Source of the DNA: Candidatus Aenigmatarchaeota archaeon
GTDB taxonomy: Archaea > Aenigmatarchaeota > Aenigmatarchaeia > CG10238-14 > SCSR01
Direction: 5' to 3'
Length of the DNA stretch: 64,000 nt
Assembly (NCBI GenBank): GCA_016187385.1
Contig: JACPJU010000001.1
Span: forward strand, 8,348-72,347
The notes under the pieces were generated by a model that was given only the letters and a program-made list of their open reading frames with translations, had not been told where the DNA came from and did no database searches. A program made the translations under genes and the position numbers. Each line of letters starts with the position of its first letter. Position 1 is the stretch's first letter. This document shows, one piece after another, positions 9,348-18,218 of this stretch.

Positions 9348-9632
9348 TTAACTTGTTTCAATCTCTCTTAAAATTTCCTTGGAATACTCGTTCAATTTCT
9401 TTGACAGGTTAATCTTGGCTCTTATCAGTTTCTGCTTTGTTTCTGGATCATTGCCTTTAGTCTGTTCTATAGTGTGCAAAAATACAAAAGCTGACTTTAA
9501 TTCAAGCCAAAAGAAAGCCCTTTCCAACGCTTTTCTAGCCTGAGAAATGTCGTTAGTGAACAAAGCCCTGTCCTTCCACATCTGGTAGTTTTTGCCGCAT
9601 GTGTCTATCTGAGTTACTATTGTCATAACCAC
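9348..9632 (-). CDS. Hypothetical helical protein
   Basis: 94-aa ORF with core-like codon usage. Confidence 0.65.
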   Translation of the reverse strand: MVMTIVTQIDTCGKNYQMWKDRALFTNDISQARKALERAFFWLELKSAFVFLHTIEQTKGNDPETKQKLIRAKINLSKKLNEYSKEILREIETS

Positions 9633-9728
9633 TATATGGTAGTAACTTATATTTAAGCTTTGTGGTGTTTAACTATTTATAAGTGATGAAACAATAAAGA
9701 TTTAAATAATTAACTGTCCATCTATAAA

Positions 9729-10004
9729 GTGAATAAAATGCCTGAGTTTATAACAAAAGAAGAAGTTGATTCGTGGTATAAATCTGCTATGGATGGAATA
9801 GGAAGGGTTGCAGCACTTCATTATAAACAATCGCCTGACAAACCTACTGGAAGTTCTGATTATATTGTAGCTGCACATTCACTTGGGAAAACTTATACAC
9901 GTGCTTATGAACTATTAGGAATTGCAGAACAACCAACGCTAATAACTTGGGAAGAAGCATTCAGCAAACATCGATCCAATGTAGATTTAAGTAGTTTGAG
10001 ATAA
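9729..10004 (+). CDS. Hypothetical protein
   Basis: 91-aa ORF, TTTAAATA upstream. Confidence 0.5.
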   Translation: MNKMPEFITKEEVDSWYKSAMDGIGRVAALHYKQSPDKPTGSSDYIVAAHSLGKTYTRAYELLGIAEQPTLITWEEAFSKHRSNVDLSSLR

Positions 10005-10015
10005 ATGATGATAGT

Positions 10016-10354
10016 ATGTATATCCACAGCTATAGAAATGGTCAACAAACCCTAGTCGGTCGGGATAATTTACTACTTGGACAGCGATTTACTTCACAAG
10101 ATAAGTGGGAAATTTTTGCTAATCCTCGATATAAAATGAGTTATGGAAGAATGAGAATGTCTGGAAACATATACGAACCAGTCCCAGAAACAGTAACCGG
10201 GGATCCTTCTGTAGGACTAAGTCCTATAATGGATATCGATAAATTTGATCCAGGGACCCCATGGTGGGAAATATACAGAAACGACCTTGTAATTAAAAGA
10301 ATCGAAGAAGCACCCCCAGAAGTAATTGAACAACAGAAGAAAACAATCCAATAG
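10016..10354 (+). CDS. Hypothetical protein
   Basis: 112-aa ORF. Confidence 0.5.
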   Translation: MYIHSYRNGQQTLVGRDNLLLGQRFTSQDKWEIFANPRYKMSYGRMRMSGNIYEPVPETVTGDPSVGLSPIMDIDKFDPGTPWWEIYRNDLVIKRIEEAPPEVIEQQKKTIQ

Positions 10355-10430
10355 TTTCTTTTAAAGTGCAGCTTGTGTACTATCTCATTCGTCGACGACT
10401 GTATATTTAAAGCATTTAGGAAATGGTAAT

Positions 10431-10646
10431 ATGGAAAAGTTAATTTATTCAGCCTATGAACTTGCAGATATAAAGAAGAGGCTTTTGGGAAAAGAACCTA
10501 TACCACTATGGGATGTTGTCTTCGGATTCGGTGTGGAACAGAGAGAAAATCGGACAATCAGGGAAATTCTGGACAAGTGTGGACAAAACATTGCCATAGG
10601 TCCGTTAAATGGCAAATCCGGCATTGTAATTTATTCCCTGTTATAG
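10431..10646 (+). CDS. Hypothetical protein
   Basis: 71-aa ORF, TATATTTAAA upstream. Confidence 0.45.
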   Translation: MEKLIYSAYELADIKKRLLGKEPIPLWDVVFGFGVEQRENRTIREILDKCGQNIAIGPLNGKSGIVIYSLL

Positions 10647-11903
10647 ATTGAATATCCTGTTGTTAGCCAATGGTGCTGTAGCGTCGAATCCTTGTTCATT
10701 CAACTCTCGAGCGAAATCTTCCGTGTGCTCGCCGTGGACACAGAATATCTTCTCAGGATTCACATGTTTTATGAACTCGAACAGATCGTCCCTGCTGGCA
10801 TGACTGGAGAAATTGAGTTTTTTGACATCCATGTGAACCTCAAGGTCTATGTCTTTGTTGATGTACCTGCCAGTTTCGAGTAATGTTTTCCCGGGCGTGC
10901 CTTCAACCTGAAATCCGCTCATAGTCAGGCTGCAGTTTTTCTTGTCGAACAATTTCTGGATATACCACACAATAGGTCCGCCTTGGAGCATGCCTCCTGT
11001 TGACAGAATAACGCCAGGCTGCTTGATTATTTTCTTTCTCATTTTATGGTCTGCGACATACTGGGCTTTTTCAAGCGCCTTGTCCAGGCTTTTAGGATCT
11101 TTCAGCAGGTTCTTGTGCTGGTTTATAATCGTGATTGCCTTTTTTGCCATGCCGTCCACATACAGAGGATAGTCTATCCCGTTACTATCCAATACAAGTA
11201 ATAGTTCATCAATTCTTCCGACGGCAAAACCTGAAATAAGCGCAACACCGTCCCTGGACAGGGTATCGCGAACTGTTCTGACCAATTCCTTTTCCTGCAA
11301 TTTTCTGTCAGGATGCTCACGGTCTGAATACGTGCTTTCCGTCACCATCACATCAACTTCAGGCAGTTTCAAATCAGCACCTTTAACCAATTTTGTGTCA
11401 GTGGTTTTGTAGTCTCCTGTGTAAAGAATCTTTTTACCGCCTGCGTCAAGATAAGTCAGAGCACTGCCCGGTATATGGCCTGCATCGAATAACGTGGCTT
11501 TGGTGTTGTGGACTTTGAATGGTGATCTGAAATTAACTGGAACGAAACTGTCCAATGTTGCTTCCACGTCATTTCTTGAAAATGGCAGTTCCACGCCCTC
11601 CTCGCGGCTGATCTTTATCGAATCCAGCCACAGCAATCTTGACAATGGTTTTGTCACACCTTGTGAGAATATAGGACAATTATTTTTTTTGGTGCTGAAA
11701 ATTGGAATAGCGCCGACATGATCCAAATGGGCATGCGAGATTATTATGGCGTCCACCTTTCCCTGCACTGGTATGGGAAACAATGGCGGGATTTCCTGGA
11801 CTTTTGTCCCATAATCCATCAAAATCTTTTCGCCACCTGTGTCAACCAAGACAGAAGAACAACCTATCGACGCCATTGCGCCATGGAAAGAAACTTGAAC
11901 CAT
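10641..11903 (-). CDS. Beta-CASP metallo-beta-lactamase ribonuclease (aCPSF2-like)
   Basis: SHAHLDH, AGHIPGS, YTGD, ESTY, FSSHA, VHGE; no N-terminal KH domains. Confidence 0.92.
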   Translation of the reverse strand: MVQVSFHGAMASIGCSSVLVDTGGEKILMDYGTKVQEIPPLFPIPVQGKVDAIIISHAHLDHVGAIPIFSTKKNNCPIFSQGVTKPLSRLLWLDSIKISREEGVELPFSRNDVEATLDSFVPVNFRSPFKVHNTKATLFDAGHIPGSALTYLDAGGKKILYTGDYKTTDTKLVKGADLKLPEVDVMVTESTYSDREHPDRKLQEKELVRTVRDTLSRDGVALISGFAVGRIDELLLVLDSNGIDYPLYVDGMAKKAITIINQHKNLLKDPKSLDKALEKAQYVADHKMRKKIIKQPGVILSTGGMLQGGPIVWYIQKLFDKKNCSLTMSGFQVEGTPGKTLLETGRYINKDIDLEVHMDVKKLNFSSHASRDDLFEFIKHVNPEKIFCVHGEHTEDFARELNEQGFDATAPLANNRIFNL

Positions 11904-11988
11904 TTATGAATATTTGTATCGAAGGTTAATAAACATGACTAAAATATTTATATATCGGAAATATACATTGAATATATAAGGTGTATAT

Positions 11989-12225
11989 ATGCCCAAAGCC
12001 ATGATAAACATATCAGATAGAGCAAATAGGGTGCTGAATATTATAAAAGCGAGGTATGGTTTGAAAGACAAGTCTCAAGCTATAAACAGAATGACTGAAG
12101 AATTTGGGCAGATACTTCTGGAACCACAGTTAAGACCCGATTATGTTAAAAGGTTAAGGAAAATCGAAAGTGAAGGTACAATTTCTGAAGAGGAGTTTGA
12201 GAAGAAATTTAAAGTGAAGCTATAA
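11989..12225 (+). CDS. Antitoxin (DUF2683-like)
   Basis: NRVLNIIKARYGLKDKSQAI...EPQLRPDYVKRL; overlaps the toxin start. Confidence 0.8.
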   Translation: MPKAMINISDRANRVLNIIKARYGLKDKSQAINRMTEEFGQILLEPQLRPDYVKRLRKIESEGTISEEEFEKKFKVKL

Positions 12226-12491
12226 TGTTTTCTGCTGAATTCTCCAAAGAGCTGACAAGAAAACTAGAGAAACTTCAGAAAAGAAACAAAGTCTTGTTCG
12301 ATGTTATAATAGATAAGATAAGGGGGATTAAAGAAAATCCAGAACACTACAAACCATTACGACACGACATGAAAGGTCTCAGACGGGTTCATATCATGAA
12401 ATCTTTTGTGCTTATATTCAGAATAGATTATGCTAGTAATAAAATAATTTTTGAAGATTTTGATCATCATGATGAGATATATAGAAGATAA
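12225..12491 (+). CDS. RelE/YafQ-family toxin
   Basis: YKPLRHDMKGLRRVHIMKSFVLIFRI...FDHHDEIY. Confidence 0.88.
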   Translation: MFSAEFSKELTRKLEKLQKRNKVLFDVIIDKIRGIKENPEHYKPLRHDMKGLRRVHIMKSFVLIFRIDYASNKIIFEDFDHHDEIYRR

Positions 12492-12598
12492 GCTGATGCG
12501 ATAGATAGCTTTTCCTGTCCGCATGATTTATAAACATATTATGTCATAATAAACTGAAGTGAGATGATGAGAAGCCAATACACGGTGAAAAGTGGCCA

Positions 12599-12889
12599 AT
12601 GGGTGATGGATCGCCAATTCGTAGCGATCTTTCTAGCCTGAAGAAAGTCATACTCAAATCCCTTACTAGAAATCAGATTTTGCTTCTGAATGAAATAGAG
12701 AGTAATTCTACAAAAACTATTACAGCTCTAGTCAGCACAATATCAAAGAAATCCAAGATACCTATATCCACTCTGAAATTAAATGCACGTCTCTTGAAGG
12801 ACTTGGAACTCATTAACTACTCAGTTTCTGAACCTGTTGAATTAAGCGATTCTGGTAGGCTTGTTTTAACTTTGTTGGAGAGTGGATGA
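12599..12889 (+). CDS. Winged helix-turn-helix protein
   Basis: IPISTLKLNARLLKDLELI...VELSDSGRLV; GGTGA ribosome-binding site upstream. Confidence 0.75.
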   Translation: MGDGSPIRSDLSSLKKVILKSLTRNQILLLNEIESNSTKTITALVSTISKKSKIPISTLKLNARLLKDLELINYSVSEPVELSDSGRLVLTLLESG

Positions 12890-13958
12890 CATGAGTATAC
12901 AAAATTTATCCGAATTATCTGTAGAAGAAACTGCGGATAGTCTCAGACGATTGAAAACGCTTAATGCGGAAAGATACGATTTAAAACTAGAACCGTTATC
13001 TCATCCACTTTTAGACGGGACATTTTTGAAAGAAAGAGACGCAGTTATTCCATACGGACTTGACGGATTCAATAAACAAAATGCCGTTGTATTCACAGGG
13101 CAATGTCTGCTTAAACATGATGAAGATCCGGAATGTCCTGTTACGTTAGAAGACATGTTGGAGATATTAAAACTTAGGGACTTTCTCCAAAAGACACAGC
13201 TTCCTGCGGTATGCATGATTCCAGATAGTATATACCTTGATAAGAAATTCTTAGATCCGTGGTTTGGTGGTCATACTGATTTGAAAGAAATCCGCGAAAG
13301 AGTGGAAAAATTCGCTGATCTCTACACAAATGTCAGAAGAAAATTAACACCATCTGTTAAGCATATAAGGACAAGTGAAATTGAAGAAAAATTAAATGGC
13401 GCTAGAAATAGACTAAGTTTACCTCTATTGATACCAAAAATAAGGCAGGTTTATGGCGGTAGGTTTCTAAAAAACAAAGAGCACACACATCCTCTAAGCC
13501 AAACCATACTTGAATATGGTATGGTATCATTAATTTTACGGGATAGAGCTGGTTACACTAACAGAGAACATATTATAGTCTTCTCAGAACCAGATGAAAT
13601 ATGCAGTGTCAAGGCTACTGAATTAATTCTTGCAGAAAGAGGAGATAGGCTAAGGGCAAATAATGTTAAATCAGTAGGCCTAATAGGTCAGATACCTTTA
13701 CCTCCTTTGTATTACCCACCAGATCTGGAAAAGAACCGTATGTATGGAGCACCTAGGAAATCTAGAATTCATGTGAATGAACCAGATGAAAATATTAGAG
13801 GGAAACTTTTAGAAAATCCCTCTTTCGCATTACTTGCAGTCTACATGTCGCCCGCTACTGATCAGGATGAACTTGATTACTTGAGAGTTTATGGGACGAA
13901 GGGAGATGTTGCAGACATTTTAATAGGCCAAATTAGGGACTTTAGGAGATATTTGTAG
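12882..13958 (+). CDS. Divergent class Ic (TrpRS/TyrRS-like) aminoacyl-tRNA synthetase paralogue
   Basis: Ordered matches to TrpRS elements (VVFTG, CMIPD, IIVFSEPDE, LPPL...RMYGAPRKSRIHVNEPDENIRGKL) but no HIGH or KMSKS motif. Confidence 0.55.
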   Translation: MDDMSIQNLSELSVEETADSLRRLKTLNAERYDLKLEPLSHPLLDGTFLKERDAVIPYGLDGFNKQNAVVFTGQCLLKHDEDPECPVTLEDMLEILKLRDFLQKTQLPAVCMIPDSIYLDKKFLDPWFGGHTDLKEIRERVEKFADLYTNVRRKLTPSVKHIRTSEIEEKLNGARNRLSLPLLIPKIRQVYGGRFLKNKEHTHPLSQTILEYGMVSLILRDRAGYTNREHIIVFSEPDEICSVKATELILAERGDRLRANNVKSVGLIGQIPLPPLYYPPDLEKNRMYGAPRKSRIHVNEPDENIRGKLLENPSFALLAVYMSPATDQDELDYLRVYGTKGDVADILIGQIRDFRRYL

Positions 13959-13966
13959 GTGACTCT

Positions 13967-14719
13967 ATGCAGCGAGATAAAATCATTGAAAACTTGGAAC
14001 AGCTAGCACCACCGATACTTACCGATATGGACAATATAGGATTGATTGTCGATGGTAAAAATGAGATTGAAGTTATTGGTGTTACATTAGATTTCTCTAT
14101 GAACGCGATAAAGAAGGCGATAGAAAAAAAATGCGATTTGTTAATAGTGCATCACGGGCCAGAATTTAAAGAAGATAAAGAAAATGAATACATTAAGAAA
14201 AAACTTCAACTCGCCAAAGAAAATGATCTTTCAGTATTTAGAATGCATTTGAATCTGGATTTTGTTAAAAATGGACTTATGGATAGCTTTTGCAAGCTTA
14301 TTGGTCTGAAAGGGAGACCGGAAATTGTAGTTTACAAGAATACTAAGATAAAAGGCGGTGTATACTTGGCTAAAGATAACCTTACGCTAGATGATTTGAT
14401 TGAAGGGATTAAACATCTAAACCCAAAGTCGATAAGAATAGCGGGTGTCAAAAAAGGTGTTTATAGAAAAATTGCAGTAACTACTGGTGCTGGGTTTATA
14501 CCAGAATTTCTTGACCAGTTAAAACCCGATGTTTTCATTTCTGGAGAATTAACACAAGAAGCAATAAGAACAGCTGAAGATTTAGGAATTACTTTAATCG
14601 AAGTCACACATTACTTGGAGAGCAAAGCATTGGAAATATTTTCTAATAAGCTGAAGGGGATTTTGCCATTAAAGATTGAGTTCATAGATTTAGGTGATAG
14701 TTTGGAAGTGGTGAAATGA
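13967..14719 (+). CDS. Nif3/YbgI-like dinuclear metal protein
   Basis: DNIGLIVDG, TLD, LLIVHHG, HLNLD, TTGAG, FISGE, THYLE. Confidence 0.92.
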   Translation: MQRDKIIENLEQLAPPILTDMDNIGLIVDGKNEIEVIGVTLDFSMNAIKKAIEKKCDLLIVHHGPEFKEDKENEYIKKKLQLAKENDLSVFRMHLNLDFVKNGLMDSFCKLIGLKGRPEIVVYKNTKIKGGVYLAKDNLTLDDLIEGIKHLNPKSIRIAGVKKGVYRKIAVTTGAGFIPEFLDQLKPDVFISGELTQEAIRTAEDLGITLIEVTHYLESKALEIFSNKLKGILPLKIEFIDLGDSLEVVK

Positions 14720-15144
14720 AAATTAAGATAGTTAATGGCGTTGATAATTTAGGTAAACGGCTTATTGCTATTGAAAAAGTAGCAAAAAATGAAGTTATAT
14801 GTAAACTAAAAGGAAAACTTCTAGATAAACCAACTTGGCAAACTTTACAAGTAGGTCCAAATAAACATTTAAAAAATCGCATTATTGATTATCTTAATCA
14901 CTCATGTAATCCAAACTCTTTCGTCGACACAGAAAAATTAGTCTTGGTAGCTAATAGAACTATTAAACAGCTTGATGACATAACTATAAATTATCTTTTG
15001 ACTGAATGCGAATTAGCCAGTCCATTCAAATGTATGTGCGGTAGTAGAAAATGTTTCAAGGAAATAAAAGGTTACAAATTTTTGAATTCCAATAAGAGAC
15101 TGAACATACCTTATTTATTAAAATTAAAAAGTAAACTACAATAG
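14716..15144 (+). CDS. SET-domain methyltransferase with post-SET
   Basis: YLNHSCNPN, DITINY, FKCMCGSRKC. Confidence 0.92.
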   Translation: MKIKIVNGVDNLGKRLIAIEKVAKNEVICKLKGKLLDKPTWQTLQVGPNKHLKNRIIDYLNHSCNPNSFVDTEKLVLVANRTIKQLDDITINYLLTECELASPFKCMCGSRKCFKEIKGYKFLNSNKRLNIPYLLKLKSKLQ

Positions 15145-15152
15145 AGGTTAAG

Positions 15153-16244
15153 ATGGACCTAGAAACACGATTAGAGCTTGTAAAGGGTGTCGGAGAGGAA
15201 ATAATAACCGAAGATGAACTAATAGAACTTTTAGGAACTAAATTACATCCGATTGCTTATGATGGTTTCGAGCCTAGTGGGCTAGCACATCTTCCGTTTG
15301 GTGTTTTCCGTCCTTTGTTACTGAAAGACTTGTCCAAAGCAGGCGTTCGTTTCAAGCTATGGCTAGCGGATTCTTTCGCATGGATAAACAACAAGATGGG
15401 CGGGGACACAAACAAAATAAGAAAAGTGGGCGAATACTTTATCGAGGTTTGGAAGGCTGCAGGCGTTAAAGAAGGGAGAGACGTCCAGTTTCTTTGGGCT
15501 TCCGATGCATTCTCCGACAAGGAATACTGGAAGAAAGTTATCCTGATTGCAAAGAACACTACAGTGAGCAGAGCCAACAGGGCATTGACAATAATGGGAA
15601 GGAAAGAAGGCGAAATGCAGGAAGTAGCGCAGTATTTCTACCCCATGATGCAGGCTGCCGATATCTTTTATCTGGATGCAGACATATGCCAGCTGGGACT
15701 GGACCAGAGGAGAGCCAACATGCTTGCACGCGACATTGCCGAAAAAAAGAAATGGAAAAAACCAGTTGTCGTCTCTCATCATATGCTCATGGGACTGGAA
15801 GGTATAAAACAACCGGAAGGATATGAAGAAAACAAACAGATGGACATAGAGATTTCCTCAAAGATGAGCAAGTCCAAGCCGCATACCGCAATATTCGTAC
15901 ACGATTCGAAGGAGGAAATAAAGAGGAAGATAAATTCCGCATTCTGTCCCGAAAAAACTGTAGAAGGAAATCCTATATTAGATTATTCAAAACATCTGGT
16001 GTTCAGAAGATTCAAGTCGATGAAGATAGAGCGTGATAAGAAATTCGGCGGTGACTTAGAATTTGATGATTATCAGGAATTGGAGAAAATGTTCAAAGAT
16101 GGAAAACTGCATCCGATGGATTTGAAGAATTCTGTCGCGGATTATCTGGACCAGATGATAGCACCAATTAGAGAACATTTTGAGAAGAACAGGAAAGCTA
16201 AAGAGCTTTATGATTTTGTAAGAAAGCAGGAAATTACACGATAA
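15153..16244 (+). CDS. tyrS: Tyrosine--tRNA ligase
   Basis: AYDGFEPSG, YPMMQAADI, GLDQRR, KMSKS, LHPMDLK. Confidence 0.96.
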   Translation: MDLETRLELVKGVGEEIITEDELIELLGTKLHPIAYDGFEPSGLAHLPFGVFRPLLLKDLSKAGVRFKLWLADSFAWINNKMGGDTNKIRKVGEYFIEVWKAAGVKEGRDVQFLWASDAFSDKEYWKKVILIAKNTTVSRANRALTIMGRKEGEMQEVAQYFYPMMQAADIFYLDADICQLGLDQRRANMLARDIAEKKKWKKPVVVSHHMLMGLEGIKQPEGYEENKQMDIEISSKMSKSKPHTAIFVHDSKEEIKRKINSAFCPEKTVEGNPILDYSKHLVFRRFKSMKIERDKKFGGDLEFDDYQELEKMFKDGKLHPMDLKNSVADYLDQMIAPIREHFEKNRKAKELYDFVRKQEITR

Positions 16245-16274
16245 GTTTTTATATTTAATATTCGAAATAGTGAT

Positions 16275-16604
16275 ATGGCTGTAGAGTCAGTATACATTTC
16301 GCTAGAAGGCTTGGCAGAGGCTATGAGAGGCAAAATGTCTATTCATGATTATTTTGTAGATGTAGTCGATGCCAGAAGAAATGGCTTGGGGTCTATCCAA
16401 GTCTATAAAGGAAATGAACCTCCTGTAATGGAAGTAAGATATAGATTCTCTTTAAGGGAAGAGCCGCTTTCTCATATAAGACATCCACACGTTTCGTCTT
16501 CTTCTGAATTTGATATTTGGTTTCCAGATAAGTTGGAAGAAGATAAGAAGCAATTGTTGAGAAGCGCATACAACGACGCATTAAAATCATATGAAAGCCG
16601 GTAA
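16275..16604 (+). CDS. Hypothetical protein
   Basis: 109-aa ORF. Confidence 0.55.
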   Translation: MAVESVYISLEGLAEAMRGKMSIHDYFVDVVDARRNGLGSIQVYKGNEPPVMEVRYRFSLREEPLSHIRHPHVSSSSEFDIWFPDKLEEDKKQLLRSAYNDALKSYESR

Positions 16605-16895
16605 TTATTTCGTAAATTTGTGAAAATATTTCTTGTCTACGCATCCATCAACAACTTTAATACCGTCTTTTCTAAGCATCTTGGTTTTTGTTTCCAAACC
16701 ACCTTCCCCGCTGTATCCGCACAATTTACCTGATGACGATACGACTTTGTAGCATGGGTAAACAATAGGGTAAGGATTACTTGACATGATTCTACCTATA
16801 GCCCTAGGTGATGTCTTACATAGTCTGGCTAGAGTTCCATAGGTCGCAACCTTGCCTTTTGGTATTTTCTTCAACAGCAGAAGCGCTTTGTGCAT
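16605..16895 (-). CDS. MGMT-family methylated-DNA--protein-cysteine methyltransferase (C-terminal domain only)
   Basis: IPKGKVATYG, PRAIG, NP...PCYKVV, GYSG. Confidence 0.88.
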   Translation of the reverse strand: MHKALLLLKKIPKGKVATYGTLARLCKTSPRAIGRIMSSNPYPIVYPCYKVVSSSGKLCGYSGEGGLETKTKMLRKDGIKVVDGCVDKKYFHKFTK

Positions 16896-16930
16896 ATACT
16901 ATTTTAAGTCTAATTTAGTAAATGTAGTTT

Positions 16931-18217
16931 ATGCTGGACATCAAATCAGTCAGGGAGAACCCGCTTTCAATCAAGGAGAATCTTGAAAAAAGAAAAGACC
17001 CGGCAAAAATAAAGCTTCTCGACGAACTGCTGAAGGTTGACATAGAATGGAGAAAGCTTCAGACCGAAACAAACAAACTAAGACAAAAAAGAAATCAATT
17101 GAGCGTAGAAATCGCCAAACAAAAGAAACTTGGAAAACCAGCGAAAAAGGAACTTGCCGAAGCGAAGAAGGTTGATGCTTCAATAGGGAAATCCGAGAAA
17201 AAACTGTCACAACTCGAAGCCAATGAAAAATCTCTATTGATGAACATCCCGAACATGCTTCACTGGAGCGTGCCTATTGGCAAGGATGACTCGGATAATG
17301 TCGAAGTCAGAAAATGGGGTGAACAACCGAAATTTGATTTCGAACCAAAAGACCACTTGACAATTCTTCAGAATCTTGACTTGATAGATGTTGAAAGAGG
17401 GGCCAAGATAGCGGGCGAGAGATTCTATTACATGAAAGGTGACTTGGTTCTCTTGGATATGGCACTGCAAAAATTCGCATTGGACGTCCTGAGGAAGAAA
17501 GGTTTTACAATTATTTCACCCCCGCTGATGATTAGAAGGAAACCGTACGAAGGTGTGACGGATTTAACAGATTTTGAAATGGTTACATACAAGATCGAAA
17601 ATGAGGATGCGTATCTGATAGCCACGAGCGAACATCCGATAGCTGCAATGTTTCTGGACGAAGTATTGGATGTCAAAAAACTTCCACTGATGTTTGCCGG
17701 AGTCTCTCCATGTTTCAGAAAAGAAGTCGGTACACATGGAAAGTATACAAAGGGTTTATTTAGAATGCATCACTTCAACAAAGTCGAACAATTTGTTTTC
17801 TCTCTACCTGAACAATCATGGAAGTTGCACGAAGAAATCCAAAGGAATTGCGAGCTTTTGTATCAATCGTTGGGGTTGCATTATCGTATTGTCAATGTCT
17901 GCACTGGTGATATTGGTAGCATAGCCGCGAAGAAATATGACACAGAAGTTTGGATGTCTGACGGGCAGTTTAGAGAAGTTGGTAGCAATTCTAATTGTAC
18001 AGATTATCAGGCCAGAAGACTGGGAATAAGATTCAGAGAAGGCGAAGGTAAGCCCGTGAAAGGATTTGTACACACTCTGAATAATACTGCATTAGCAACA
18101 AGCAGGGTAATGATTGCCATAATAGAACAATTCCAACAAAAGGATGGCAGCGTTGTTATTCCCAGGGTGTTGAGACCATACATGTTCGGAATCGAAAAGT
18201 TGGAAAAGAAACGATAG
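16931..18217 (+). CDS. serS: Serine--tRNA ligase
   Basis: MLDIK, YLIATSEHP, CFRKE, FRMHHFNKVEQF, SNCTDYQARR, HTLNNT. Confidence 0.97.
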   Translation: MLDIKSVRENPLSIKENLEKRKDPAKIKLLDELLKVDIEWRKLQTETNKLRQKRNQLSVEIAKQKKLGKPAKKELAEAKKVDASIGKSEKKLSQLEANEKSLLMNIPNMLHWSVPIGKDDSDNVEVRKWGEQPKFDFEPKDHLTILQNLDLIDVERGAKIAGERFYYMKGDLVLLDMALQKFALDVLRKKGFTIISPPLMIRRKPYEGVTDLTDFEMVTYKIENEDAYLIATSEHPIAAMFLDEVLDVKKLPLMFAGVSPCFRKEVGTHGKYTKGLFRMHHFNKVEQFVFSLPEQSWKLHEEIQRNCELLYQSLGLHYRIVNVCTGDIGSIAAKKYDTEVWMSDGQFREVGSNSNCTDYQARRLGIRFREGEGKPVKGFVHTLNNTALATSRVMIAIIEQFQQKDGSVVIPRVLRPYMFGIEKLEKKR

Positions 18218-18218
18218 T

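Noticed and set aside
12600-12645. GGTGATGGATCGCC as a fluoride riboswitch
   Set aside because: The downstream conserved GCTGATGAC-type element is missing and the sequence lies within the wHTH coding region
11989-15144. TA pair plus AT-rich genes as a bounded mobile element
   Set aside because: No integrase, transposase or flanking repeats found; horizontal origin remains only an inference
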